From: the human T2T-CHM13v2.0 reference genome, Homo sapiens
NCBI RefSeq assembly: GCF_009914755.1
Contig: NC_060944.1
Length of the DNA: 64,000 bases
Direction: 5' to 3' (one strand)
In this document: positions 1-14,700 of the stretch, piece by piece
Layout: every line of letters starts with the position of its first letter
Numbering within the stretch: position 1 is the first letter of the stretch
The notes under the pieces: generated by a model
Told to the model about the DNA's origin: nothing
Seen by the model: only the letters and a program-made list of their open reading frames with translations
Databases searched by the model: none
Translations under genes and position numbers: made by a program

Positions 1-49
1 ATTTAAAAAATACATCCTGAAGGAAACAGACTAAATCTTAATAATTCTT

Positions 50-260
50 GCACAATTAATTTGAAGTGCAATATACATGCAGATGAGTATACTAAACTTA
101 AATACAGTTTGACAAATTTTTCACCAAGTAAACACACACCTATGACCAGCACCCAGATCAAAACACTCAACATTGCCAGCACCTCAGAAGTTTCCCTCAT
201 GCTTCTTCTGGTCACTTCTTCTCTGCAAATGTGAACATTAATTTGCTTTCTGTGGGAATA
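50..260 (-). mobile_element. Old L1M (L1MC/ME-like) 3' fragment
   Basis: Resembles antisense L1M 3' UTR (cacacctatgaccagcacccagatcaaaacactcaacattgccagcacctcagaag). Confidence 0.55.
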
Positions 261-301
261 TTCTCTTAAAATGTGGTCACAATAAAGGGAATTCTGCAGA
301 G

Positions 302-915
302 TTTTTTTGTTTTGTTTTGTTTTGTTTTAAGATTCAGAGGGTTGGTGTGCAGGTTTGTTACATGAATATATTATGGAATGCTGAGGTTAGGGCTTCTATT
401 GAACCCATCACCCAAAGAGTGAACAAATGAACATAGTACCCAATATGTAGTTTTTCAGCCCTTGCCTCTCTCCCTCTTTCCCCACTTGTGGAGTCCCCAA
501 TGTCTATTGTTTCCATCTTTATGTCCATGTGTACCCAATGTTTAGCTCTCACTTACAAGACAGAACATGTGGCATTTGATTTTCTCTTTCTGCACTAATT
601 TTCTTAGGATAATGGCTTCCAGGTACATCCATGTTGCTGCAGAGGACATGGTTTTATTCTTTTTTATGGCTGCATAGTATTCCATGGAGTATATGAACCA
701 TGTTTTCTTTATCCAACCCACCACTAACGGGCACCTAGGTTGATTCCATGTCTTTGCTATTGTGAATAGTTCTGTGATAGACATACAAGTGCATGTCTCC
801 TTTTGTTAGAATGGTTACTTTTCTTTTGGGTATGTACCCAGTAATGGGATTTCTGGGTCAAATGGTGGTTATGTTTTTAGTTCTTTAAGAAGTCTCCAAA
901 CTGCTTTCCACAGGG
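302..915 (-). mobile_element. Older L1PA (roughly PA13-16) 3' end with poly(A)-derived tail; non-inverted half of a twin-primed insertion
   Basis: (GTTTT)n tail 302-328, L1PA 3' UTR; ORF 542..784 resembles the ORF2 C-terminus (LFTIAKTWNQPRCP...IYSMEYYAAIKKN). Confidence 0.85.
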
Positions 916-1648
916 ACAGAAGTAAAGCCACACACCTACAACCAACTGATCTTCAACAAAGATGAAAAAAATAAACAATGGAGAAAGGACACCCGATTCA
1001 AAAAACGATGCTGGGAAAACCAGGTAACCATATGCAGAAGAATGAAACTGGATCACTACCTCTCACCATATAAAAATTAATTCAAAATGGATTAAAGACT
1101 TAAATGTAAGACCTCAAACTATAAAAATCCTAGAAGAAAACCTACGAAATACTCTCCTGGGCATTGGCCTAAGCAAATAATTTATGACTGAGACCTCAAA
1201 AGCAAATGCAACACAAACGAAAATTGACTATTGGAACCTAATTAACTGAAGAGCTTCTGCACAGCAAAAGAAAAACAAAAACAAAACTATCAACAGAGTA
1301 AACCTACAGAATAGGAGAAAATATTTGTAAACTATGCATCTGACAGTGGACTAGTATCCAGAATCTGTAAGAAACTTTAACAAATCAGCAAGAAAAAAAA
1401 ACAAATAGCCCCATTAAAAAGTGGGCAAAGGACACAAACAGACATTTCTCAAAAGAAGACGTATAAGTGGCCAACAAACATGAAAAAATGCTCAGCATTG
1501 TTAATCATCGGAGAAATGCAAATCAAAACAAGATACTGTCTCATACCAGTCAGAATGGCTATTATTAAAAAGTCAAAAAAATAACAGATGTTGGCAAGGT
1601 TGCAGAGAAAGGGGAATACTCTGTTGATGATATTGTAAATTAGTGCAG
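916..1648 (+). mobile_element. L1 ORF2 3' segment; inverted half of the same insertion
   Basis: Sense ORF2 sequence (caactgatcttcaacaaa...gaagagcttctgcacagcaaaagaa...gtaaattagtgcag) ending where the minus-strand piece begins in L1 coordinates. Confidence 0.85.
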
Positions 1649-3159
1649 TGGTTTATTCTATCTTCTCTTGTACATTGTGTCATTTGTGAGAAGTTTTTAA
1701 CTTTCCTTAATCTTCCCTTCCACAGTTTCGTGCAGGAAAATGAGCCATTTCCTAAAATCACCCCTTCAGCACCACACGTTTTAAAGTCTGTTTTCTATGA
1801 TCTAGAGTGTATATACGATTATGCTTAAGTCTTCCTGACTGACAAACGTGATGCCAAAACGTTTGTTTTCTCCTAAGTTCCTAACAACTTTAATTCCATA
1901 ACCAATTTGTCTCTGTTGGTCAGAATTAGGTACAGAATAACAAAGCCCTAAGTCACTCTCTTGACCTTCTGAGTGACTAGATTGTCAGCAAGCAAATCAG
2001 GTATATTCTGGATACTCTGATATTTATCAGAGGAGAGGTGTGGCCAGTGTGCCTATGTCCAAAGTGCCCAGTCTTTTCAACAAAAAGAAATGAGCACTTT
2101 CTTTGTTCTCGGATTATATAAGTCTCTGGGGAATGGAAAAAAAAGCTGTATTTTCTATTTGATCTCTACTATACCCTAATTCCAGGTTTGTAATATATTC
2201 TGGGACAGTACAATATAATTTCATTTCCTTATCATTTTAATCTCACCCATGCTCCACTTCCCACTCCAGATTAAAATCTGCATGCAGGTATAAATCACCC
2301 TGGGGTAGAACACCGTGTCCTTACTGTTGTGCTCTGTTGAGAAATGCTTCTACTCAAGGCTCGGCCAGTGCAGCAATATTGGGTAACTCTCTGTCCCTTT
2401 CTGTGGCTCAATTTCCCCATCAATCAAATGATGGAGAATGGGGTAGAAAAGGCCACTTTGGTAGAATAGGCAGGCCACTCTACCAAGGTTGCTTCCAGTC
2501 CTCAATGCTGCGTCTGGTTTTAGCTACTGGCAGTACTCCTTTACTTTCAGTACTCAGTCTTCTTGATACTACTTCCTAATACCTCATTTCATGCAAATAA
2601 TTTTATTTATTTATTTATTTATTTATTTTGGTAGGCTGTTACCTACCTTATTACTCAAAATGCCTCATATCTGTATCTACTTATAGCCTCCATTTTAACA
2701 CTAGGTCAAGTCTGACTCATCTAACCATCCATCCATCCATCCTTCAATTATTTACTGAAATTTTAGGATGCCTCTTCAATTGAGGAGTTCACAGTGGAAC
2801 TGTTTAGGTCATCAAATGTCTCATAGCTGCTGTTTATCATCCAGAAAGACTTGGGTTAGGCTGCTAACCTGATCAAGAAGCCCTAGGTACCTGGCTAATA
2901 CATACAATTCTTACTTTACTGCTCTATTAGACTCCTCATTTAATAGGATGTAGATTTAACCCTGATCCCATAGTTTTCAAATAGTTTTCACATTATCCCA
3001 ACTTGTGTCTTTATTTTGTCTAAGACTGAGCTTCCCAGTTGATATGATGGAATTTAGACCTGACCTCAGCGTCTTTCCATAGTTTCCCCAGTAACTTTGA
3101 CTCAGGCCTTAATTCTCCTCTAAGACTGTGCTGAGATCCTGAAAGTCTACCTAATTTTT

Positions 3160-4000
3160 GTTCATGTACTCATTTGGTCAACTGCTCAACAGATATTTAT
3201 TGAATGATTACTATGTGCCACACATTGGGCTAGGTACTGGAGCTACAAATACAACCAAAGTAGACATGGTCCCTGTCCTCATAGAGCATGCAGACCTGGG
3301 GAGAGACAAACATTAGACAACCATTCTCACAAACAAGTATCTAATTAAAAGTTGCAATAAACACTGGGAGATATGCAATAAACACACATAGGTATGTATT
3401 TACTTGGTGAAAAATTTGTCAATCTATATTTAAGTTTAGTACAGTAAACTAAATGAGGTTGTGTTTAAAAGTTTAGTACACTAAAGTAAGTGAGAAGTGC
3501 CAGGTGCTGTGCATGTGTAAGGGAGATGGCATGGGGTGTGGGTGGGAAGGGAGATGGTCTGCTGCTTTTAGAAAGACCATTTAACCTTAGAAGTTAGACA
3601 CAGGAAGCATCAGGAAGGTCATCCCAGACTCAGACACAGACATGCAAAGGCCTGAAAGTGGGAAAATGCATGGTGCTGTTGAAGACATACAAAATTCTGG
3701 CATGGCTATCATCATAATGAATTACCTGAGGCATGATGTAAAACGAAGCTAGCGACATAAGACCAGGAGACCTTTTGGGACTATAGAGTTTTGGTCTATA
3801 TTTTAAGAACAACAGGAAGTCATTAAAGAGCTATTTAGGCAGGAAGAATTGAAATTTCAGGTTTAAAATTTTTAAAGGTAGAGGCTGTTACATAGAGAAT
3901 AGACTTACGGTGCAAGAGAAACAAGTTGGTGAGAAGAAGGTGGTGGTATAGTCGAATGATGAGATGGTGGTGCCTTAGACCAGAAGAGTGGCTGCAGTGA
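3160..4000 (-). mobile_element. L2 fragment
   Basis: caacagatatttattgaatgattactatgtgcca is the antisense L2 3' end. Confidence 0.65.
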
Positions 4001-4290
4001 TCCTACCTCAACCTTTCCCTACCTTTGGAAAGCATATTTTTGCTCTGTTTGACTCTAGAGCTCCCTCCCACCATCCCACCCCACCTCACGCATACGGATC
4101 AGCCTGGGCTTATGGTATTGACAGCGTTGGGTCCTTAGTCTAGCCTTCCCACAAACTGACTCTCCTTGACTTTCTTCCATTGCACTGACCCTTAAGCTAT
4201 TGTTTAGCCCCAATGGGACTCACTCACTTAACATGTTTGTTACCTGAAAGAAGCACTAAGAATTTTTTTTTTTTTTTAAAAGATGTCCTC

Positions 4291-4435
<145 letters not shown>

Positions 4436-5159
4436 TAATCCTTATAACAAGACTGTGAGGTGGATACGACAATGTCCATTTTTTTCTCACAAGATTAAAT
4501 AACATTTTTCAAGGTTACACGTATAATAAGCCAGGCTAAAATACAAAGTAAACTTCAAGCAAGTGGCCTTCTTTTCTGAGGTGTCTGTAAGGCAAATACC
4601 CCTTTGTCATTGAGGTCAGATGCTATGCTTTCTTGGGTTGCAGGCAGGCACACAAAGACAATGGGGCACAGCTTTCTTTGGAAAACAGGCTAAGTGGTTT
4701 GTGATATTACAAAATTCTGTTTGACTTGACGCAGGACCTTGAACAATCAGATAAGATCTGGAATCCTTGAGTAACTCAGAACCATTAGGACTACGTAATG
4801 TGGTAGCCTCCTCCTCAAAGGATAATGCATGAGGAATGCCTTTAAAGGGGTAACAGAAGCAGTGGGGCACTTGAGTGCTAGCTCACTAGAAAGCACGTAT
4901 GCTGGATTCTGCAGACCCTCAGTCACCAACAGTGAGTGGCAAGGTGCAGCCTCAGGTTGCAGGATAGGTGGCTATTGGTTACAGACACTTCTAACTGGAC
5001 AAATGTTCACTATCAACTTTATGAGATCTTCCTGGAAGGCATTAGGCTCCACTTGAGGCAATAGCCAAGGCCATGAGCCATACTCTAAGAAAGGAAGCCC
5101 CCAAGTAGCATGCAAGCCATTCGGAAAATTTAAAATCAAACCCAACCTCTGAAAATCTT

Positions 5160-5850
5160 CTTGTAAGTTTTATCTCTACTTGCTGACTCCATTGCCTCAA
5201 CTCTCCAAGTCTCTGGAACTCCCTTCAGTGAGACTACACTAAGTCCACTAAGACTTTTATATGGTCAGCACTCATAGTCACTGCTACAACTCCATCTTCC
5301 TTAATCTCTCATCAACATTAGCTGCAACTGACCATTCCCTCCTTGACCTGTTTAATTATCTTGGCTTTAAGTCATTCTACCTTCCAGACTTTTCTCCTAC
5401 TTCACTACCTGTTCTTTATCCCTTTCTTTGCCTATGTATTTATCCTTTACTTGACTTCAACACACTGGAGTGACCTGGAGCTTGGTTTTATATCCTCTTT
5501 CATCATTTGTATCCTAACTTTTTTAGGAGATTATAATAAATTGCAAGGATTTGAATATTATGTTCTCATGACTCCCAAAGTACTTTTTCTAGCATTGATA
5601 TTCCTGAGATCCAGGCTCATCTATCCATCTGTCTACCTGAAATACTCACAATCAAATATACAATCATCTAAAAGAATTGTTTTCTCTTTTATTTTCACTC
5701 CAAGCCTTACTCACCACTAATTTTCCATGTTTAAATAAATGTCACCATCATCTACTTAGTTGATTAAGCAAACAACCTAGGAGTCATTATTGATTTTTCT
5801 AGATATGTGACTTCCCACAGTCAATCAACCATTAATTCATGTTGGATCTG
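5160..5850 (+). mobile_element. L2 fragment
   Basis: Pyrimidine-rich L2 ORF2/3' region (gaccattccctccttga; aacctaggagtcattattga). Confidence 0.6.
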
Positions 5851-7669
5851 GGTAGTTGAAGAAATTGGTAACTATTTAACACCAAATTTTCCCACATATG
5901 ATTCAAAAACAACACAGGAAAAGAAGAAAAAAATAAAATTGTACAAAATCCACAATTTCAGCATAATTAATGTATAGAGAAGTCTTAAAATGTCATAGGC
6001 CTGTTTGGTACAAAAAGAAGAACCAGATATAAATGAAATATCTCTAAAGCTTTCAACACAATCACCCTTGTCATCCTATGTGGAGAACAAGAGCTATGTA
6101 AAAACAATTTGGAAGAGAAAAGAGGTAAGCTAGCAGAGAGTACATGGCTGATCTAAAATACGTTCCAGAAAGACAAAGACCACACTACACATGAAAGTGC
6201 TAAAACAATTCCTGGTAGATCAAAACTAAGAGTACAGGAAAAGGACTTGAAAGAACATGTGACTCAAGGTGGTAGTGTTCAACAGGTGAAATAGGTTCAA
6301 TGGGTGAAAATGAGATAAAAAGAAGGGAGAAGTACTCTTGGAAGATTGGAGATTGAAGGAAAAAAGGAAGCAAAGTGGGAATTTTTAGAATCACAAAAGC
6401 TAGAATAAAAACAAAAAGTCAGAACCTACACCCATTCCCTATGACATACACACAAAATCATCGACTGAAAAAAATACCTGTACTTTACTATCCAGTCAGA
6501 ACAAACTGTTTCTGAACTGAGAATCGTATAAGCCACTTTAAATCTAAAAAATTTTTTAAAATTTGAAAGAGCCTAATAAAGCTACTAGATGAAGAAAACA
6601 GAAAATGTCAAAACACCACAAATGATGAAAATCTACCCCTAACAAGAAAACAGTCTAGAAGTAATATTACAAACTGAATTAAATATCCTCAAACAACTTT
6701 GACTTACAGAAGCACAAGTGAAAAACCAAAATATACAAAAGATCAGGAAAAAATAAAAAGAAAGTTGATTTAACTCAGGAGAGAAATTTTTAAAAGATCA
6801 CCTCAGAAATGAAGATTAAATTACCAGATGTCAAAAACAGCAATTTAATAAGGGGCACTAAAGAAAGACAGAAACCCAACAAAGACAACAGAAATGAGAT
6901 ATAGAAAAAATTAACAAGGATTGGTGAAAAAGTGGTTTAAAAGTAAGGCAAAGAAAATCCAACATATATATAGTGAAATTTCTGAGCAGAGAGACAAAAT
7001 AGGTAGGTAAATATTTTATGACAATAACCCAAGAAAAATTATTGGAAGTAAAAGAAGTCCCAAGCCTCTATACTGAAAGAGTGCACAGTACCCTGGGGAA
7101 AATGCACCTGAAAAGATCAACTCCAAGACACAGCCTAGTAAACTATTAAACTTAGAATAAATACTCTCAAAGCCAAAGAGATTGAATAATGTACACATGC
7201 AAGAGAATTAGACTATCATGATACTTCTCAAAAACAGCATGCAAAGCAAGAAAACAATGTGGCAGCATTTTCCAAAAGCTCAGAGAAAGTATTAATATTA
7301 ACCAAGGACTTCATAGCTAGCCATGTGTTTTTCATATAGCAAAGCTATGGAAAAGTAGCTTTCAACATTCAAAAAGCCAGGGCATGCTGTACTTGTCTTT
7401 CTTGAAGGATCTACAGAAGATAAGTTCATCCAAAAAATACGACTGAGGAAACTTCAGCAAAAGGACTGATGGGTAAAAGTTTAATATGTTTAACTGTAAA
7501 TCTAAGACTGAAATAAGGTAGGGGTTGGATGAAAGTAGGATATATAAATGTTAAGTTTTCTGTCATTGCAGAAATAATACAACTAAAAATTGAGAGAGAG
7601 AGAGAGAGAAAGAGGAAGAAATAGGGAAAGAGAAGAGTAGTATTAGGTCATTTATTGTTGTACAGGCAG

Positions 7670-8029
7670 TGCTATGGTCTGGCTTTGTGTCTCCACCCAA
7701 ATCTCATCTTGAATTGTAATCCCCATGTGTTGGGGGAGGGACCTTGTGGGAGGTGATTGGATCATAGGGGTGGTTCCCACATGCTATTCTTGTCATAGTG
7801 AGTTTTCATGAGATCAGATGGTTTTATAAGGGGCTCTAGTTCCTTTGCTTCGCACGTCTCTCTTCTGCCACCTTGTGAAGGACATGTTTGCTTCTCCTTC
7901 CGCCATGACTGTAAGTTTCCTGAGGCCTCCCCAGCCATGTGGAACTGTGAGTCAAACAAATATCTTTTCTTTATAAATTACCCAGTCTCAGGTAATATCT
8001 TTATAGCAGTGTGAGAACGAACTAATATA
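7670..8029 (+). mobile_element. MaLR solo LTR, THE1D/THE1C-like
   Basis: tgctatggtctggctttgtgtctccacccaaatctcatcttgaattgtaatcccc...aactaatata; 5-bp TSD GGCAG/GGCAA. Confidence 0.9.
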
Positions 8030-8123
8030 GGCAATATGTGAAAGTTAATGGATACCAGAAAAATCTGACAAACCAGATAGCAAAAGATTAAACAAGAAAA
8101 GATGGGATTAAGAGTGCTAAATA

Positions 8124-8475
<352 letters not shown>

Positions 8476-8719
8476 CTAAATACCAAATGAAATTTTAAAA
8501 TAAAAGAGTAAAGAAAGCACACCAGAAAGTATTATAAAATTAATATAGTAAATTATGACATAAAAATATATGGCAGAGTTGAGATATCTCAGTCATATCA
8601 CCAAATGTTAATGATTTAACTCAAGTACTGAAATGTAAAAGATATTCATTTGGATTACAAGACAAGACCCAACTACCTTCTATGTATAAAAGTCACATCT
8701 AAAACATTGTTATTGTAAA

Positions 8720-8970
8720 CAGTGCTACAACAAACATAGTCAATAATAATTTATTTGTACATTTTAAAATAACAGAGTGTAACTGGATTGTTTGTAACTC
8801 AAAGGATAAATGCTTGAGGGGATGGATACCCCATTCTCAATGATGTACTTATTTCATATCACATGCCTGTATCAAAATGTCTCATTTACCCCATAAACAA
8901 AGAAATATATAAATATATCCTACTATGTACCCTCAAAAATACAAATTTAAAAAATTTCAAAAAAAGGTGA
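8720..8970 (+). mobile_element. L1MA-type 3' end fragment
   Basis: caaaggataaatgcttgaggggatggataccccattctc...tactatgtaccctcaaaaat. Confidence 0.8.
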
Positions 8971-10600
8971 ACAAAATAATTTTCTTCAGAAAAGTAAAAA
9001 GGAAGGAATGAAATAAGCTATAAACAGTAAATGAAAAAATAATAAAGATATAGTAGTGATCCTGATATAAAACAAGAATTCAACTAAAAAAGTATTACAC
9101 ATGGCAAAGGATACTTTTTATTGCTAAAATCCACAGCTAACAAAGAATATAATAGGTATAAACATCTATGCCCCCAAAAACATAATGTATTTACAAAGTC
9201 AATAGTAGTCATATATAAAACCAATACTCAGAGGACATAAGGGTAGCAAAACCCCATTACAATGGCAACAAAGATGAAATACTTGCTAATAGCAAGAACA
9301 CACAAAACCTGTATAAAGAAAACTTTACAGCACCCATGAAAGATAATGTAGACTCGAACAAATAGAAAGACATCCCTTATCTCAGGTAAGATAATTCAAC
9401 ATCTTAAAGATGTCATTTCACTCTAATTAATGTATAAATTTAATGCAATCCCAGAATTACTAATAGACTTTTTATGAATCTGGACAAGTGGACACTAAAA
9501 TTTATAGGGAACATGCAAGAAGAGCTAGAAACTCACTGAAAAAGGAAATCTCGATGGGGAACTTTCCCTCGCAGACATTAAAGTTTAGATCCCATAATTA
9601 TAACAGTGTGGGGCTGCTGCGTAAATAGCCACATAGACTGGTGGGATAGAATACGACATCCAGAAAAACACCCAAGAACATATGAAAATTTAAAATATGA
9701 GAAAAGCAGCATCTCAAATTATCGGGACAAAAATGGACTTTTAAATACATGTTGCTAAGACAACTAGACAGACATTTGGGAAAACAGATAAAAATTAGAT
9801 CCATAATTTACATCACACACAAAAACAAAGACCAAACATCAGAAAACTAAATATAAAAATACTAAAATACATAAGACTTAGAAGCAAACATGGGTAAATT
9901 CCTTTATAGCCTGAGTGTAAGAAAAAACTTTTTAACTGTGATTCAAAGTTTAAATGTAATAAAAGAAAAAAAATGATTCATCTGACAACATTTTATTTGC
10001 TGTGGCAAAAATATAAGCAAAGTCAACAGATAAATCACAAACTGGAAAAAACTGCAACATATATCACAGATAAAGTACTGATATCTCTGATATATAAATA
10101 ACTTTAAAAATTGATAGAAAAAGTAAAAAACAAACTGAAAATTGAGCAAAAGACATAAACAGGTAATTCAAAAATTACATAAAAATGGCTATTAAGTATA
10201 GGAGAATATAGCAATTTCACTTATAAGAAAAAGGAAATTAAAGCTATATTGAGATATAATTTCTTACATGTAAGTGTGACAAAAATGAAAGTTAGACCAC
10301 ACAAACTGTTTACAAGGCTGTGAGGAAACAGTCATACATTGCTGGGACAAATGCAAGTTGGTTTTACCCTTAAGGAAGGAAATTTAGTGACATCTAGCAA
10401 AACTGTGTATTAGTCCACCCTTTAATCCTACAATTCCTCTTCTAGGAATTCACTCTGAAGACGCACCTTCAACAATACAAAAATATATGTGCACAAGTTC
10501 CTTGATGCAGCAACATTTGCAACTGAAAGATATTGAAAACAATATAGCCACACATGAGAGTGGCCAAATAAACAGCTATAATCACATAATAGAGTACTGT

Positions 10601-10904
10601 GCCGGGCGCGGTGGCTCACGCCTGTAATCCCAGCACTTTGGGAGGCTGAGGCGGGCTGATCATGAGGTCAGGAGATAGAGACCATCCTGGCCAACATGGT
10701 TAAACCCTGTCTCTACTAAAAATACAAAAATTAGCTGGGCATGGTGGTGGGTGCCTTTAATCCCAGCCACTTGAGAGGCTGAGCCAGGAGAATGGCTGGA
10801 ACCCAGGAGGGGGAGGTTGCAGTTGAGCCAAGATCATGCCACTGCACTCTAGCCTGGTGACACAGCAAGACTCTGTCTCAAAAAAACAAAACAAAACAAA
10901 ACAA
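10601..10904 (+). mobile_element. AluSc-like
   Basis: Full dimer, (CAAAA)n tail, TSD AGAGTACTGTG at 10591-10601 and 10905-10915. Confidence 0.95.
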
Positions 10905-11153
10905 AGAGTACTGTGCAGCTGTAAAAAAAAAATAAGGAAGACATTTATGAAATAATATAAAGTGATACCCAAGTATCTATAGTATGTTAGCTTTTCTATA
11001 AGAAGGGGAAATATAACATACATTGACTTCAAAATTTTCACAAAAAAAAACCGCCAAGAAATTAATGACATTGGTTTCCAACAGGGGATGGTAGAGGTGA
11101 TGTAAAAGAAGTGATATGTGCTTTTCTGTATGCACTTGTTTGTACAGCTAGGC

Positions 11154-11197
11154 TTTTAGAACCACGTTATAATGTTTTTAGAACCACGTTATAATGT
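11154..11197. repeat. Perfect 22-bp tandem duplication
   Basis: TTTTAGAACCACGTTATAATGT x2. Confidence 0.95.
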
Positions 11198-11463
11198 TTT
11201 ACATATTAAGAAATCAACAGGGATGGGCAAAATGAAACTAAAATTAAAAACAAAGAGTCATAAACAAACCTAACTTAATTTCCAATAAATACATAACCAT
11301 ATTCTAGTGAAAGAAAAAAAATAAACCAAATAATTTTCAACACAACGGTTTGCATATATTTAGACTGAAGAGAGAACAGAAAATATATATTGAACCCTAG
11401 TTAGTAGGTTTGTTTTGCTAAGATTAATATTTCTGGAAATACTTCTTGAGTATTCTATGTTGA

Positions 11464-11909
<446 letters not shown>

Positions 11910-11938
11910 ACTTTTGCCTTTTATGATAGATAGCTAAA

Positions 11939-12244
11939 GGCTGGGTGTGGCGGCTCATGCCTGTAATCCCAACACTTTGGGAGGCTGAGGCAGGTGGATC
12001 ACCTGAGGTCAGGTGTTTGAGACCAGCCTGGCCAACATGGTGAAACCCCGTCTCTACTAAAAATAAAAAAATTAGCTGGGCATGATGGCCGGTGCCTGTA
12101 ATCCCAGCTACTCAGGAGGCTGAGGCAGGAGAATCACTTGAACCTGGGAGGCAGAGGTTGTAGTGAGCCAAGATCACGCCATTGTACTCCGGCCTGGGCA
12201 AAAGAGCAAAACTCCGTCTCAAAAAAAAAAAAAAAAAAAAAAAA
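11939..12244 (+). mobile_element. AluS (Sq-like)
   Basis: Full dimer, A24 tail. Confidence 0.95.
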
Positions 12245-12713
12245 TAGACAGAAAGATAGATGGATAGACAGGTAGAGGGATACATAGACAAAGAGCCTAG
12301 AATCAGTGGTACTCACTAACAATGATTCCCACTCGTTCCCAGGTCTGAGTTTCTATAATAAGTACCATTCCCCATTTAAAGGAACCAGAGCTGGGGCAAA
12401 GGAAGCACAAGATTCTGTCAGAAAGAAAATAAGTTTTCAAGAACTGCTGGAGACATTTCAGAATGACAAAAGAACCATCTTGAAGGGGCTCACACTAGCT
12501 AATTCTGGGACAATTTGAGCATAAAAGTAAATGATGATAGTACTGAAGTATAACCAACTGAATAAAAGAAGAATCTATAAATTTTTATCAATATAAATAA
12601 ATTAATACATTGAAAATAGGGGAGAAAGGAGAACTCATCCTCGGAATAGATGTCCACTAATAAATGTGGAACAAATGATGGAATTAGAAAATTGTCATTT
12701 GGCAAACATCTTT

Positions 12714-12964
12714 TTATTTGTATTATTATTATTATTATTATTTATTATTATTATACTTTAAGTTTTAGGGTACATGGATGAAATTGGAAATCATCATTCT
12801 CAGTAAAATATCGCAAGAACAAAAAACCAAACACCGCATATTCTCACTTATAGGTGGGAATTGAACAATGAGAACACATGGACACAGGAAGGGGAACATC
12901 ACACTCTGGGGTCTGTTGTGGGGTGGGGGGAAGGGGGAGGGATAGCATTGGGAGATATACCTAA
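12714..12964 (-). mobile_element. Young L1PA2-like ~250-bp insertion with 5' inversion
   Basis: Antisense tail + CATGTACCCTAAAACTTAAAGTAT (to ~12776), then sense 3' UTR to GGGAGATATACCTAAT; 14-bp TSD TGGCAAACATCTTT at 12700-12713 and 12965-12978. Confidence 0.92.
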
Positions 12965-14259
12965 TGGCAAACATCTTTGTAATAGTTGATTTCAACAAAA
13001 AATATCAGCAAATGCTAAAAGATGAAAGTTTGAAGAAGATTTTACATAGTCTAGAAATATGTGTGTACAAAACACTTATATATTACAAAGAAATAGTAGC
13101 TTTATAGTGGAGAAAACCTTAATGGACAACAGTTTAAGTAATCAAAGTTAATGTCACCAGTAATGGAACAAACTGATATCATGTGCCACCTAGTATGACA
13201 CATTGAGAAGGAAGCAACATCACTTTTGTGGTATTCCTGACAAAAATGCATAACTTGAATCTAATCTTGAGAAAACCTCAGACAAACCCAACTTGAGGGA
13301 CATTCTAAAAAATAACTGGTCTGTAATTTTTAAGAGTCAAGGGCATAAAAGTCAAGGCAAGACAGATATGAGAACTCTAAAGGGACCTGACAACTAAAGG
13401 CAACATGTGACCCTGGACCAGGTTTTTTTTTGTTATTGTTTAAATTTACTAAAAAGTATATGACTGAGACAATTGGCAAAACTGAGGCTAGTAGTATTAT
13501 GTGGACATTAATTTCCTGGTAATTGTATTGTAGTTATGTTGGAAATTGCGCATTAAAGCATTTAGGAGTAAAGGGGTGATTTATAGACAGATAGATAGAC
13601 AAACAGACAAATAGGGGAAGAAGAGAAAGAACAGGAGAGGGAGAGAGAGAAAATGGGATGGTAAATCTATTGTGGTAAACTGTTAGCAATTAGGGAATCT
13701 GTATAGAGAGCTTATTAACATTCTTTACACTATTCTTGAAACATCTCTGTGCATTTGAAACTACCTTGAAAAAAAGGAGTTAGACATATTGGTGGAAGAG
13801 AAAGTAAGTTGGAACAAAAACAAATTTGACGATGGGTTGATGATCATTGTTGAAGCTGAGTGACGGGCACATACAGATCAGTCTGTTATCATCTTGACTT
13901 TTGTATGTGTGAAACGTTTCTTAGCTAACAACGTGTGTTTTAAAGGTGAGAACAATACATATGGAGTATGTCATCAATAAAAAATTGAGACATTCAAATT
14001 TTGTTTTTCCCAACATGAGTGACATTGGGTACATTCCTTATTTTTTTTGACTTACAGTGTTCTCATCTGTAGAATGGGAGCAATACCCTCTGTACAACTC
14101 TCTAGGGTAAACAAAATTTTGTGAGCACAAGTGCCTTAAGGATGCAAATATATATGCATGACTTTATGATTCTAATAAATTGATATTGAGATTATAGGCA
14201 AGACAATTTTTTTTTCTTTTCCCTGTTTTCAACAGAATAAATGCCAAGTATTTTAGCAT

Positions 14260-14700
14260 GGCATACAAAGCCCAGCATTATTTGATATCTGCCTCTCTCT
14301 GGGCTTCATTCCATATCCCGGAACCAACACCGGGATTGTCTTCCCAAATGTATCAGGGAATCCCCAATTTTGGGGCTTCTGCTCAGGTGCTTCCTTTGCA
14401 AAACATACACTTTCCTCTGCCCCACTGTCTACCTGGAAAATATCCACTTACCTTCTAATAGCCAAGTCAAATGTCACTTCTTCTACAAGATTTTCCTAGG
14501 CACCTCCTCATCCCCTCTACCTCCAGGTTTATAGCTGAACACACCAGGTATTCTGCCACTGGGATTGCTGATAATTTATTGCCCACATTTGTCTTCATGG
14601 CTGTCTTCTCCACTGGATTGTGGGTTCGCTGAGGGCAGGAACTGTAACCTATTTATCTGTATTCCCAACTGACTCACAACAAGCCCATAATAAATAATTG
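14260..14700 (+). mobile_element. L2 fragment
   Basis: tcaaatgtcacttcttc...gagggcaggaactgt...tttatctgtattccca. Confidence 0.6.

Noticed and set aside
1765-1775. REST/RE1 site (TTCAGCACCAC)
   Set aside because: Only the left half matches; the right half GGACAG is absent.
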